In this document: positions 1 through 11,316 of the stretch, piece after piece
How the letters are laid out: each line of letters begins with the position of its first letter
Position numbering within the stretch: the stretch's first letter is position 1
NCBI GenBank assembly: GCA_004764695.1
Contig: SMSO01000032.1
Coordinates: 2,108,001-2,172,000, forward strand
Direction of reading: 5' to 3'
Length of the DNA stretch: 64,000 nucleotides
Origin: Schizochytrium sp. TIO01
Taxonomy: Eukaryota; Protista; Bigyra: Labyrinthulomycetes
The notes under the pieces: generated by a model
The model's database searches: none
Told to the model about the DNA's origin: nothing
The model's input: the letters and a program-made list of their open reading frames with translations, nothing else
Position numbers and translations under genes: made by a program

Positions 1-72
1 CGATTTCAATGAAGTATGCTTAAGAACAAGTAGTTCATCTCATTTCTTGGTCCAGTGTGAAAGATTGAACAA

Positions 73-753
73 TTACTTGTGAGCTGCGCGAGAACGTGCG
101 TCCCGAGCCTTATCTTTCATCAAATTAACGAAGAAGTCATAATCGGTTTGCGCAGCAATCATCTTGACGAGGAAGCAGGAACGTTGTCCTTTCTGTCGTT
201 TTGACATCACGTTAGTGCATGGTGACTTGAATTCAAGAAACACTTAAACTTACATCTTCAGCGAACTTGCTAAGCTCCTCCCGAAACTCTTCTTGGTCTA
301 AGCCCTGCTCCTCAACAAAGTCATTTAAGTAGCCTTCGAAAAGCTGTTCAAATTCTTTGAAAATATCCCAATAGACGAGCTTGTTTTCCTCCTCGTCAGG
401 ATCAAATTTGTCGAGATGGTCCATGTAAAACTCATCCAACCCATGGGCAATTTTGGATTGGTAAAAGGGGTACAGATTGTCAATGACACTTCCCTTGGCA
501 CGGGAGTCCATCTAAGTCATAAAAGAGCAATTTGAAGAGTGAGAACCAAACCATCAGAAATATTGATATATTCTTCGTTAGTGACCCCTTTCAATTTGCA
601 AAATACATATAGAGATTGGGTTGACCTCTGTTCATAAAAACGTACAATTGACCCTAAATCACGGTGAGGACACTTCATATCTCCGCTTGCCTTACCACGA
701 AAGGGGCACTCCCCTACTTTCCCTTCCGACATCTTGCCTTCATACTCCGACAT
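73..753 (-). CDS. BART-domain (ARL2/ARL3-binding, CFAP36/ARL2BP-like) protein, 3 exons: 753-646, 511-254, 192-73 (161 aa)
   Basis: Phase-0 introns 645-512 (GTACGT...TTAG) and 253-193 (GTAAGT...ACTAAC...ACAG, 61 nt) join ORFs 517..753 and 233..511 to a third exon KGQRSCFLVKMIAAQTDYDFFVNLMKDK...HK*. EENKLVYWDIFKEFEQLFEGYL and TDYDFFVNLM are typical of BART domains. Confidence 0.8.
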
Positions 754-1512
754 CTTGAAAAAACACCTCTACTGTAAACCTCTGCTACACAAAAGAGGGT
801 GGAGTATTCTGGTTTTGCTCAGGTTCGGGATCTTCTGCGATAATGATGTCCCCCGGGTCCTTTTTTATTCAGTCTTATCCTGGGCTAACACCAGAGCCAA
901 CTTTACTTTTAATCAAGAATGGAACCACCCATCCATAGTCTCACTCATTCCCATACATTCCAAAAAATTATACTAAATGAGTCCGCGCAAGTTATCATCC
1001 ATTCCGTCGTGAACACTATCTACTATAGCATGGACCATCCTGGATAGCGCGGAGCGACCTCCAAGACCCAGTCTATGAAGATCTCCGCGCACGGGTTCTG
1101 AGTTCCCGTCGAGGCAGCCCTGTTGCACACCCCTCCTTGGGAACTCGATGGGGACTCCCATAGGTACTAATAAATACCTTGTGAGGAGAGGCCTAGTGAC
1201 AATCCCTCTAAACATCTTCAGTAATAGCAAGAGGGAAATCACACTCCGTATGATTTTAAAACCTCAGTAACAAAATTCAAAAAGAGTTTGAAAAACTAAG
1301 AAATTCCTTCCACATCCCACACACTCCTGCAGCCCATTGTATGATAAAGAGTATATAAATAAACTCGCCGACACAACATATTTTGTGAGGAGAAGTAGAA
1401 TTTTGCCCCAGAGTTTCGCTTATTCACTCCTATCTTTCTTTCCCCTCCTGCGAGTTTTTTTGAGCTCGTACCTACATATTGCTAGATATTAAGAGTACCA
1501 AAGATAATTGAG

Positions 1513-1830
1513 ATGGTCGATGCGACCATCCCAGGCGATGAAGAACAAGCCAAGAACTTTGCTGAGGAGAAGACGATCGAGTTTGATTGCATTACCTAGC
1601 TATTGAAAACCCTGTCGTTATTCGGCATTGCACCGCTTACTCACAGTCTGGCCATACGGTTATTGAATAGACAGACAAGGTTGGTAAATTGCGATCCTTG
1701 TCGTTGCAAGGTGGCCACAAGCAAGAACTACGGAAACAAGAAATTGGTTGATCGACTAAACGACGATAGTACACCTGTACAGGCACAGGGGAATTGTGTT
1801 TCTCAGAATAGTCGCTTGCAAGGTTGTTAA
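1513..1830 (+). pseudogene. Possible decayed U-box/SP-RING fragment
   Basis: A two-frame mosaic reads EFDCIT/LAIENPVVIRHCTAYSQS/AIRLLNRQTRLVNCDPCRC...NKKLVDRL, resembling the U-box pattern FxCPIT..DPV...HTY.RSAI...CP...N..L. In-frame TAG at 1597-1599. Confidence 0.25.
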
Positions 1831-1854
1831 AAAAGAAGCAAAATTGCAAATTCC

Positions 1855-2964
1855 ATGATGGATTTTAACATGTTTGCTCTGCAACCCGGCCAAGACCCTC
1901 TATTGAAAGGTGCGGAAGTTCTTGAAACAGCACAAGTTAAAGAAAATGGCGAGCTCGCCATAAGCTGCAAGGACATTGCAGCTGCTGCACGGCGAATTGC
2001 TCCATATGCGAATCGAACTCCAGTAATGACCTCAACCACGCTCAATGAACGTGTTTTTGGGACTGATAGCGAAGGAGGAACAGTGTTTCTCAAGTGCGAG
2101 AATTTCCAAAAAGTTGGAGCCTTCAAGTTTCGAGGTGCTTGCAATGCAGTATTCTCTCAAGAGAAACTCCCACTTGCAGGCTTCATTACCCATAGCTCGG
2201 GAAACCACGGGCAGGCGCTTGCTCTTGCAGGCAAGCTACGAAAATCACCAGTCACTATTGTTGTTCCAACGGGAGCACCAAAAGCCAAGGTAGATGCCAT
2301 GAAAGGCTATGGCGCAACGATTGTTGAAAGTGACCCAGCCACGCGTGCCGAGCAAACTGAGAAAATTGCGAAAGAGTCCGGGGCCATGATTATCCACCCC
2401 TCGAATGAGCCTCTTGTCATGGCCGGCCAAGGCACTCTTATGGCAGAATTCTGGGCACAACTGAGCCAAATGTGTGACCAGGATCTTCAAGTCATGGTTG
2501 TACCTGTAGGTGGAGGCGGTATGCTCTCTGGTGTTGCGGTGGCTGCCCGCGCTCTTATACCAAATGTTTACATAATTGCAGCCGAACCTGCGATTGCCGA
2601 TGACACTGCCCGATCCAAAGAATGTGGCTCAATGCAAGACCACCGTGATGGAAAGGTCCCAGAGACTATTGCAGATGGGCTTCGGACAACTCTTGGAAGC
2701 AATACTTGGCCAATCGTCCGTGATCTTGTAAACGAGGTGATCCTTGTAAGCGAGGAAGAAATCATCAAAGCTATGCACTTTGTCTTTGAGCGTCTCAAGC
2801 TTGTCATTGAGCCTTCCGCAGCTGTTGGTGTCGCAGCACTTTTGTCGAATCAGTTCAAGCAAGGGTACCTCAAAACCCATCCTGATACGAAGAATGTAGG
2901 TGTTGTACTCTGTGGCGGTAATCTCTCGCTAACAGAACGGCTTCCTTTTCAAAATGAAATGTAG
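1855..2964 (+). CDS. SRR: Serine racemase / PLP-dependent Ser-Thr dehydratase (fold type II)
   Basis: 369-aa ORF with KCENFQKVGAFKFRGA (PLP lysine), HSSGNHGQA, VPVGGGGMLSG, TIADGL, EPSAA and CGGN motifs. Confidence 0.9.
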   Translation: MMDFNMFALQPGQDPLLKGAEVLETAQVKENGELAISCKDIAAAARRIAPYANRTPVMTSTTLNERVFGTDSEGGTVFLKCENFQKVGAFKFRGACNAVFSQEKLPLAGFITHSSGNHGQALALAGKLRKSPVTIVVPTGAPKAKVDAMKGYGATIVESDPATRAEQTEKIAKESGAMIIHPSNEPLVMAGQGTLMAEFWAQLSQMCDQDLQVMVVPVGGGGMLSGVAVAARALIPNVYIIAAEPAIADDTARSKECGSMQDHRDGKVPETIADGLRTTLGSNTWPIVRDLVNEVILVSEEEIIKAMHFVFERLKLVIEPSAAVGVAALLSNQFKQGYLKTHPDTKNVGVVLCGGNLSLTERLPFQNEM

Positions 2965-3341
2965 AGCTACTTTTGAGGAAGAGACGAACGTTCAAACTAT
3001 TTTTAGCACATAAATTCCTTCTTCAAGGAGAGCAAAGGGTTTCAAAGTCATCCGAATTTTGCCCTCTGTAATTCAGCACTTTACTAAATGTCAAGCTATA
3101 AGTCAATTCGCTTCATTCATCTTTAAGAAGTCAAGCTGCTGGAGAATGCACTTGCTTAGCAGCTTGCTCGCTTTCAGTATTTTTGTGTTTGTTTTTTTCT
3201 TCAAAGAAGCTAATGTATGATATTTCTTCATTTTACCTGTTGTAGGGAAACTCTAAGATGATGATATAGAAGATTACGAGGGTAAATAAAAGCTAGTAAG
3301 ATTGCAAGAAGCAGTTGCCATCGCACGGAATTATGCACTAT

Positions 3342-5126
3342 TTAGTCAAAGCTAGTGCGTGACTGGAATGAGGAAATAGGAAGGCCTCCAGTGCCGAGGC
3401 GGGCCAGCTCATTAAGGAAGGTGTTACTGCTATGGATGCTAGATCCGCCGATAACCACGCGCATGCCTGGGTTTGCAGCATTGAAACGATGCACTGCGGC
3501 AGCTTCCTCGAAAGTAGCACCTCCAAGGATAAAAACAATCACGTCACGAGGTTTCTCACGAGCATTTCCAGACCCTGCAAAGGCATAAACCTTTTCGGAG
3601 AGCTTACCCTTGGCGAGCATGTCCAGAGTCTCCGCGAGTAGAGGGTTGTGCTGAGTGTACACATTACTGACACCTTTGATGGCGCGGGTGGCAAGCTTGA
3701 GACTTTTAGAGAGAAGCGTGCTTTCCCCAAAAAGGTCGCTACCACGCTTGCTAGCGCCAGCATATGCAAGAATCTGGTCCACAAGTTGGATTCGGACTTC
3801 CTCAACGCCCTTTTCGCGAAGCATTCGTTTCAATTGGGCGATTGCGTTGCCAGTGTGTGTTTCATAGCGAATCGCATAAAGAAGCACCAAACGAAGTGCG
3901 TCAGGACGTGATGTACTTGGGCTCATAATCTTGCTCTTCACCTCCTCGACCTGCGTAGCATGGTCACTTGTGCATGCAAGCTCCTGCTCGAGCTGCGACA
4001 CCTCCATAAGTTTATGCGCGTTGACCAGGCGAACCAATTCGCCGACAACTGCGACGTGCTTTGATACATTCGTCGCAAACTGCTTGAACTGCGGGTAGCT
4101 CTCCACAAATCGCTGCATGTCCTCAATACTCTCAATCTGCTGATTCGTCTTTTGTTGCCGCTGATAATTCTGCAAAAGTTCTGCCACAGCCTCCGCCAAA
4201 TCGCCAAAGTTCGTGTACATATGAGACTCAAAGAAAGAATCTGAGAGCGCCAGAACGACCTCCTCCATATCCTTGCTAACGCCGGGCGCTTTTGCCAAGC
4301 TCACGCGGTTGTTCCGTATTCCCAAAAGCTCGTGAACCATGGCTTGGTATGTCCACTGCGTGAGCAGTGGAGTCACCGGGTCATCACGTCGGTCTACAAT
4401 GAGTAACATCGACTGCTGACCATCACGAAAATCAAAGAGCTGCTGTTCGCGCTCCATTTGGTGCTTGATCTCACGAGCAAAGTTGTGGCAAAGGTCAGAG
4501 CCTCGTTGATATCTGATGGCGGGCCTCTTCTTGAATGCAAGAAGGCTTGCAATGACACCCTCAACGGTACGGTAGTAAGATCCTTCCTCATCACGAGACC
4601 AGCGTGCTCGAGGTACACTGTGCAAGAGACTGTTGGCAATGTTGAGAGTGAACAACTCGTTGTTTACAGCGTAAAAGTCTGCGAAGACCTCTTGAACCTG
4701 CTTCACGACCTCGCGTTCATCCGCATCTGCAAGCTGCTGCAAGAGATCTTGACGCACGATATTGCTAAAGAAGATGTGGTATTCGCCATAGCGCGGTTCA
4801 CGAAGCTCCTGACGAAGGGCCTGAACGTTGGACCGCGTAGGTCTACAAAACACGACTCCTTTGAGGTGCATCATGGGCTCGCGAGGGTCAGTGATGTTGG
4901 TTGCAAGAAATACTTCGCGCTCAAGAACCTTGGTTTGAGACATAACCATGGACAGAATTCCGGTCGTTTCCCAATCCAGCAAAAGGACCTTCATGCCGGA
5001 TATACTGGATAAGATCTTGTCAAAGTACATCTCGCTAGAGGTTACAGGGTTCATACCGGAGCTCTCACGCTGGAGGTGAGAGAAACCGGACTCTTTTGGC
5101 CCTCCGGCGCCCGATGAAGATGCCAT
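3342..5126 (-). CDS. VPS45: Vacuolar protein sorting 45 (Sec1/Munc18 family)
   Basis: 594-aa ORF with GMKVLLLD.ET.GI.S.V.SQ, DRRDDPVTPLLTQWTYQAMVHELLGI, NVYTQH.P and FILGGATFEEA motifs. Confidence 0.95.
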   Translation of the reverse strand: MASSSGAGGPKESGFSHLQRESSGMNPVTSSEMYFDKILSSISGMKVLLLDWETTGILSMVMSQTKVLEREVFLATNITDPREPMMHLKGVVFCRPTRSNVQALRQELREPRYGEYHIFFSNIVRQDLLQQLADADEREVVKQVQEVFADFYAVNNELFTLNIANSLLHSVPRARWSRDEEGSYYRTVEGVIASLLAFKKRPAIRYQRGSDLCHNFAREIKHQMEREQQLFDFRDGQQSMLLIVDRRDDPVTPLLTQWTYQAMVHELLGIRNNRVSLAKAPGVSKDMEEVVLALSDSFFESHMYTNFGDLAEAVAELLQNYQRQQKTNQQIESIEDMQRFVESYPQFKQFATNVSKHVAVVGELVRLVNAHKLMEVSQLEQELACTSDHATQVEEVKSKIMSPSTSRPDALRLVLLYAIRYETHTGNAIAQLKRMLREKGVEEVRIQLVDQILAYAGASKRGSDLFGESTLLSKSLKLATRAIKGVSNVYTQHNPLLAETLDMLAKGKLSEKVYAFAGSGNAREKPRDVIVFILGGATFEEAAAVHRFNAANPGMRVVIGGSSIHSSNTFLNELARLGTGGLPISSFQSRTSFD

Positions 5127-5991
5127 TTTCCCACGATGGCCTTGATATTGTTGGGATCGGGACGACTGCAGGCAAGTACGAGACCCAAGGAAAGTGCAGG
5201 CGCGAAGGAACCAAAGAGGCTAATTGAGATTCCAAGTAAGCGCTCCAAGTGGCCACAGGTGCCGCAGAAGTCGGCGGCGGTCGTGTTTGGTCCACGCTGT
5301 GAGTGATGAAGATGATTTGACTGTGATAGTTCAAAGCAGAGAATATTAGTTTACTATATTTAAAGCTAGTAGTACCCTAACATTCATCATCGCTAATGAT
5401 CAAAAGTGACGATCATCATTCGACCGAACCAGTGAAAGAAGAGAGAGTACGTGTCGAGCTTGCTCTAATTGATACTTGTGTGAAATCGTTTACGTTGTAG
5501 ACTAGGTTTGTACATATTTATTTCGTCCCAGGCAGTTGAGCAGCCATGAAGAGCGAAGAGTATTGAGGTAGTCAGATTTCTCATTATAATATTTTTCAAA
5601 TAAAATCAAAATATTATATCCTAATTCCTTCTAAAGAAAAGATTGTTAGATCCTTAGATTTCTTTATTTATCTGTATTAATTAATAATTGATTGCAAAAG
5701 CACTTTATCGCCACGTTGTCATTTATTCAGTTAAGACTCATCTTAGAAGTAGAACGAAACATATGGTTTATTGTTTTAAAAGAAGTACAGTTGTGGTTAC
5801 AGTAAATTGAATACAACTTTGAAATGGCCTAATGCCAGCTGATCAAAGAGCTTACTCGCTATTGATTGAGTAAACAAACAGCAATTGCGGAGAAGAGTTG
5901 CGATTGAAGAAAGCGTATAAGAGCCAGGCTTCAAAGCAAGGAGCGGAGAGGAGAGCCTACAGACGAATATATAGATATCGTTGGCTGCAAG

Positions 5992-6949
5992 ATGGCTCAA
6001 GAAAGTGACGGTAGGTTGAACCGAGAGAAAAAACAAGCAAGCCTCGCCAAAACAGTATTTACGTGGTAACGTTTAGATTGGCCGCTCGCGTAGTTCGAGG
6101 ACCAGTTTGTCAATGGTTAATTTTATGTACGACTGAAGGTGGAAATGTTCGTAGTTCACGGTAGACGGAAATCTATTACCCCGTATTGCCGGATTACTTG
6201 ATTTTGGCAATTAGCATTCCCTCCCCCCAAACCATAGAAAATCCACCAGGATGATGTTTGGGGAAAGGAGCACCTTCTCAAGGACCTATCGAATGGAAGA
6301 CTGACGACGCAAAATTGTATCCATCTGTTGACTGTTATGTTATATCCATACAACAGCTTTGGCATCGCAAGAAACTGTCCCAGCAGTAGGATGCGAAGAG
6401 GACCCTGTTCCCCCAGTGGACGTGCTCGACCAACTTGCCGTGAAAAGGACTGTGGACGACTGTATCTGCAAAATTATCGAAATTGAAGGCTACAAAGAAG
6501 ATCTCGTGCTTAGCAATGTAAAACTAGTCCTTATGTCCACAGCGTGTGCGGTGGCATTGTTTGCACAGTTGGGACCTCTTTCCTTTCCTGAGGATAAAGT
6601 GTTATTGACTGGTTGTGTTATATTCTATGCTGTAGCAAGTGCATTGCTACAAGTGATTGCATCATTTATTGAGAGAGACTATATTATTCGTACACTTCCC
6701 AAAGAGGGCGGTATTTCTGGTGGCCTACTGGTCTCAACTTTTATGGATCGGGGAGAAGAGAATATTAAGGTGTGTTTGGAAATGCGGAACTCTAGCGAGC
6801 CATGTGTGGAGGAATACTCTTCATCTGTGGGCTGCTATTTTGCGCAGGACGGAGAGCTTGATGAACAAGCTGTGCAAGCAGATCTGTATTCGTGTCTTTC
6901 TAAATTAGAGTCCCGTTTTGCGCAGCAGGCCGGGAAAAAAAATGCATAA
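5992..6949 (+). CDS. SPCS2: Signal peptidase complex subunit 2 (SPC25); exons 5992-6010 and 6357-6949 (203 aa)
   Basis: VKRTVDD...GYKED...SNVKL, two TM segments and SSVGCYF..DG match SPC25. The ORF-track start is a TTG. A micro-exon CAAG-ATG GCT CAA GAA AGT GAC G|GTAGGT (phase 1) splices in frame to ACAACAG|CT at 6356/6357. Confidence 0.8.
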
Positions 6950-7476
6950 TGCTTCGGTGATGTGCCAAAAGAAGGACTCGCTTCGTTTTATCGAGCTTAC
7001 ATAGGGGCGCTGTAAAATCACGTTGTTCATTTGGCAGCATAACAGTATTTTGTTTTTCTGCTCGAGCGTTGCTTTCGTTGAGAGCCACGATCATGCTCCT
7101 TGATAGAATTTACTGATAATGAGCAAAGAACCATCCTTAAAATTCTCACATATTTTGGTCAGACTATCATAACAATATGCTCTTTGTTTTTTGTTTTTGT
7201 TCTTTTTAATTTTCTGTTCTTGTCAGCATTTCTTATCTCTATTCCCGAATTGTGGTGGCATTGCAGAGCAAACATTTAATAATCAACTGTCATTTACGAT
7301 AGATTTTTACAGTGTGAAGAGATGTACGAAATCGAATGCAATAGCAACATGATTTAAAATCATAACAAAAACAAAACAAAACATCATAATAAAGTAACAA
7401 GCTTGTTTGGGTTGAGCGCGTTATGCCTTGTAAAAGATGATGAGAAAAATAGGGGTGAAGCTTAGATGTAAATTAT

Positions 7477-8397
7477 TTAGTACACATCCGAGTCCCCGGA
7501 AGAAAAGCTTAAATCACGATTACGCACAAACCCTTTGGGTCTCGTTTGTCCAAAAACAAGATCATCAACATAGCCTTGATTGAATGTGTAAAGTGCAGGC
7601 ACTGTAAAAAAGCCGATTCCCGCCAATGTGAAGATAACATAAGCGGGGTAATAAATATTCAATATTATCACACCAAGGATCACACCAACAAAGGCACCCA
7701 AGCTCTGCATGTCCTCTGTATCAAACATAATCCATTCTAGGTTTTCCATTATGGTACCAGCAATCATACTGAAACCCTTAGTGAGTTTTTGAATTTCTGT
7801 TGCAGGCACAAGACGACGTTGTTCAACAAATCGCTCTGCTGTAAAGTGCCGGCTCACAAGTTTGGCATCTCGAAGCACTGGTGTAAAATTCACAGTGATT
7901 GCGCTTAGCGTCAACTGAAACAGAACCATGAAGCTGACAATCGTCAGCATGGAGTACTCTGAGTAGTGGAGAAGCCCATACCATAGTACAATGACGCTCA
8001 ATGCAAGCGACGAAAAGGCGGGTTCTTCCCATAACGCCAGACTTTTCAAATGATGTCTTACATATAATTCCGGGTCATCTAGATCTAACTGATCGCCCTC
8101 AGCTGTATCTAGGCCAACTCCATCTTCTTCTTCGTCCCTTTCGCCCTCATGATCAGTTCGCGGGCCATCATCTTCTGCGCTGTCGTCGAACATCACGTCG
8201 TCACGGTCCTCGATTGTATAATCCAAGCGCTTTGACATTCTTTCTTGCTGCTGAGATCCTTTCACTACACGGGTATGCCGCACAACCCACCTTGTGCGGT
8301 CCGCGTCCTGAAAATCAGTCATGTCTTCCTCGAACTCCCCATCGCTTCCTCCGCCATATACATCTTCAGCTTTGATTGCGCGCACCATATTGCCCAA
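7477..8397 (-). CDS. Reticulon-domain ER membrane protein
   Basis: Acidic N-terminus followed by LALWEEPAFSSLALSV...SMLTIVSF and a second long hydrophobic stretch ending FTVPALY, as in the reticulon homology domain. Confidence 0.75.
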   Translation of the reverse strand: MGNMVRAIKAEDVYGGGSDGEFEEDMTDFQDADRTRWVVRHTRVVKGSQQQERMSKRLDYTIEDRDDVMFDDSAEDDGPRTDHEGERDEEEDGVGLDTAEGDQLDLDDPELYVRHHLKSLALWEEPAFSSLALSVIVLWYGLLHYSEYSMLTIVSFMVLFQLTLSAITVNFTPVLRDAKLVSRHFTAERFVEQRRLVPATEIQKLTKGFSMIAGTIMENLEWIMFDTEDMQSLGAFVGVILGVIILNIYYPAYVIFTLAGIGFFTVPALYTFNQGYVDDLVFGQTRPKGFVRNRDLSFSSGDSDVY

Positions 8398-8835
8398 AGT
8401 GCAAGAAGCAACCCGGCAAGGACACCAAGGAGCCCAGTGCTGATTCCCAACCTCTTAAAAGGAAGACCGCGTGCACAGCACCCTCGGAATAGGACCACGC
8501 ACGCGGTAAATAGACCCCGTGGCCTGTCTGCAGATCTCACTCTCCGTCTGCTGCAACGATTGGCCGTTTTAAGTACTGTGCTGACGCTTCACGAGTCCAT
8601 CTTTGTATACTTACTTCCTCGTGTCAGGTGATACGAGATCGGCGCGTGCATGTCGCCCTATTGCTATAGCGATAAAGTATCTTTAAAATCTGTCCCAGAG
8701 GTCCTTGGCTATTTCCGTGTTTGAGGTAGTGGCTTCAATTGAGGATTTCTAAGCAAAACAAAGCCAAAAGGCCACACATCCGGCATTTGCTGGTGCGAAA
8801 GTTGCCAGGCAAGAGGCCTTTGGGCAAGGCCAAAG

Positions 8836-9405
8836 ATGGAAACTTCACCTGCGAAGTGCACCGCTGCAGGGGCTGAGGCTAAAGATGGTGAGACCTTTTT
8901 GAATCAAGAAACGGCAGAGGAAGAAGCCTCGCTGGAAAGAAGAACCCTGACCGAAGGGAGTCCACAAGACAGTGCAGATAGGATTATAAGTTCTCAGGAA
9001 TGCAAAGTCCAAACGCAGACACACATTGTAGATTCTGATGATTGGAGGGCGGATAGACTCAATCTTGATGCGGTGACTGGCTCAGCATCTTCTGAGCCAC
9101 AGAGCAAGCTCAAGTCCAAGTCCAAATCAAGACGACCACCGCAAGCACCCTCTAGAATATATAACCCACCCTCTCTGATGCAATGTTGCCTGGCTACTAT
9201 AGGCGAAAAGCCCAGAGAAGCCGTACTCCAGCAAAATCTATACGGACTTGGCGAATCGCTACTTGCACAGATGATCTACGCAATTTACCAACAAGGAAAC
9301 CTGACGATACCTCTTGTGCGACACTTTGAATCAGTAGCAAAAGAGGAGGGGCATGACCTAATCCTACGTTTTGTCGAGGGCCTTGATATATTTGCAGCCA
9401 TTTGA
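8836..9405 (+). CDS. Hypothetical protein with Elongin BC-box-like motif
   Basis: 189-aa ORF with good ATG context (AAAGATGG). PSLMQCCLATI fits [ST]LxxxCxxx[VIL]. Confidence 0.6.
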   Translation: METSPAKCTAAGAEAKDGETFLNQETAEEEASLERRTLTEGSPQDSADRIISSQECKVQTQTHIVDSDDWRADRLNLDAVTGSASSEPQSKLKSKSKSRRPPQAPSRIYNPPSLMQCCLATIGEKPREAVLQQNLYGLGESLLAQMIYAIYQQGNLTIPLVRHFESVAKEEGHDLILRFVEGLDIFAAI

Positions 9406-9618
9406 ATGGTTGTTTCTCTCTGTAAATAATACCCAGCGAAGCTGACCTGCTTGCTCTGCCTTTGAGATAAGGGAGAGTGATACTTGATTACTCGCACATC
9501 AATCAGTTGAACGCAAAAGAAAATACTGTACCTATATATTTCCAATTTAAATTTTATGCACTTTTATACAATTTGATAAGTATAGGTTTTCGCAAGCAAG
9601 GCTACTAAGAGCAGGCAA

Positions 9619-11316
9619 TTATTTCTCAGATCTGGCAAATTTTTTCATTCGTTTTTTTCGCCGTTGGTGATGTCGTGTTAATCGATCACGAAGGCCATTA
9701 AAGCGAATGAATTCTTTCCGGCATCGCCTTCCTCTATTCAGAGCCTGCAAACGAACAATAAGATCTCTCTTGCACTTCACATATTGTCTAGATTGAAAAC
9801 CACGCCACACCCTCTGGATTTCGTTTGCCATCAAATGCCGTTGTACCTGCTTTTCAGCGAGACTTTGAATAGTATAGAAAATCCATTGGGATATTCTCAA
9901 TCGTAACATTAAGCGCTTGCCAGAATACCTTGCTTGGCGGATGCGTGCCTGAAGGTGCGCAATCCGCTGCCAATCCTCAAAGATAGGTTTCAAAATTATA
10001 CACGCCAAAATTTTAAGTCCTTGACGCCGCCGGTTCTTAACAGTGAAACAAACTGAATAAAATTTTCTGAACGATTTGGCAAGAAGTCGCAAACGTTTAC
10101 CTTGTTGGAAAGTACGCACCCCCTTTTTTTGTGCAACTATATTTCTCCAAGCTTCGAAAACCTGCATTGCACTTTGAACACGAGAGCGCTTGAATGCTTC
10201 TGTTAGCTCGTGGCTTTGATTTTCCACATGTCTTCGCGCAATAAAACCTCGTACATGTTTTTGCACAGTAACTGCCGTTTTATATCGAAATATATAACGT
10301 GCCTCAACTCTTTTTCTGAGCCAGAAAGTTATCTTGGATGCTTGGAAGTTCAGGAAATGCAAAAATGCTCTACCGGGAAGATTAAGTGTTACCGAGAGAA
10401 ATTCATCAAACTCGCGGAACCTCTCGCTCAAATCTCTAAATAATAAAGCATCATTTACTCGGTGACGAGCCCATAGAACGCGACGGTGCGCTTCTTGGAG
10501 ATCAGGACTATCAGAATCACTGTTAGAAGTCTGAATAAGATTTGATGGCAAAGAAGTGAAAGTGTGGACTTTCCTTTTGCATCTTTTCGAACAGTGTTGT
10601 GCTTTAGACCCAACGACCTCTGGCTGTCGCGTGTATAGTATGTGCTGAAACTTATTAGGGTTTCCTTTTTTTAATGGCCGCAAATTGTACAATTTGGGAT
10701 GTATCGAGTCGGAGTGTATAGTATCCGTAGCCTTTACAAGGTTCATGCAAGTATCAAATTCTTCATCCATGGCTTGTATCACCTTGACACACGCTTCGAT
10801 ATCTAATGCATTAATTTGGAAGTTCTGGAAGCTTCCTGGATCTGAAGGACTTAGACAGACTGTCCCGTGGTTGGTACTTAGCCATTCCCTCTTTGTGACA
10901 GTTCCGCTGACACATCTTCCGCCAAATAACTCTATTTTAACATGCTCATCTTCAGCATACCGTTCTGGATGATGAGTCTCAATCTTTAGAGCGACTCTTG
11001 AATTCTGATCGAAATCAGTTCTCATTCGCCTAAGCCGCAAGCGATGTGGTGGTTGATATTTAGAATCACACTGTCCCATTTTGTCTCGGATGTACGCATC
11101 ATGCTTTCGAGCACGATCATGAGCATCTTTTAATTTGTTTTCAAATTCTTCTTGCATTTGGAAAACCCTCTTTTCAAAGAATAGTATCTGCGAGGCTCTC
11201 GAGTCATTCCAAAGGCGCTCTCGCTCAGATGTACTTGTGTAGATCTTAAACTCAGTCGGTTTCCGAGCTGGACAGGAAGTCGATGAAGTAAAGGCGGCAT
11301 CTGTGTTGTTTTTCAT
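9619..11316 (-). CDS. IQ-motif / Sfi1-like repeat protein (calmodulin- or centrin-binding candidate)
   Basis: Long ORF (first ATG 11316) with IQ motifs VQKHVRGFIARR, IQRVWRGFQSR and LQALNRGRRCR, plus F..W repeats (VFEAWR, IFEDWQ). Confidence 0.7.
   Translation of the reverse strand: MKNNTDAAFTSSTSCPARKPTEFKIYTSTSERERLWNDSRASQILFFEKRVFQMQEEFENKLKDAHDRARKHDAYIRDKMGQCDSKYQPPHRLRLRRMRTDFDQNSRVALKIETHHPERYAEDEHVKIELFGGRCVSGTVTKREWLSTNHGTVCLSPSDPGSFQNFQINALDIEACVKVIQAMDEEFDTCMNLVKATDTIHSDSIHPKLYNLRPLKKGNPNKFQHILYTRQPEVVGSKAQHCSKRCKRKVHTFTSLPSNLIQTSNSDSDSPDLQEAHRRVLWARHRVNDALLFRDLSERFREFDEFLSVTLNLPGRAFLHFLNFQASKITFWLRKRVEARYIFRYKTAVTVQKHVRGFIARRHVENQSHELTEAFKRSRVQSAMQVFEAWRNIVAQKKGVRTFQQGKRLRLLAKSFRKFYSVCFTVKNRRRQGLKILACIILKPIFEDWQRIAHLQARIRQARYSGKRLMLRLRISQWIFYTIQSLAEKQVQRHLMANEIQRVWRGFQSRQYVKCKRDLIVRLQALNRGRRCRKEFIRFNGLRDRLTRHHQRRKKRMKKFARSEK

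Noticed and set aside
6250-6304. C/D snoRNA in the SPCS2 intron (ATGATGT...CTGA)
   Set aside because: Imperfect box C, too short, and no terminal stem or recognisable guide.
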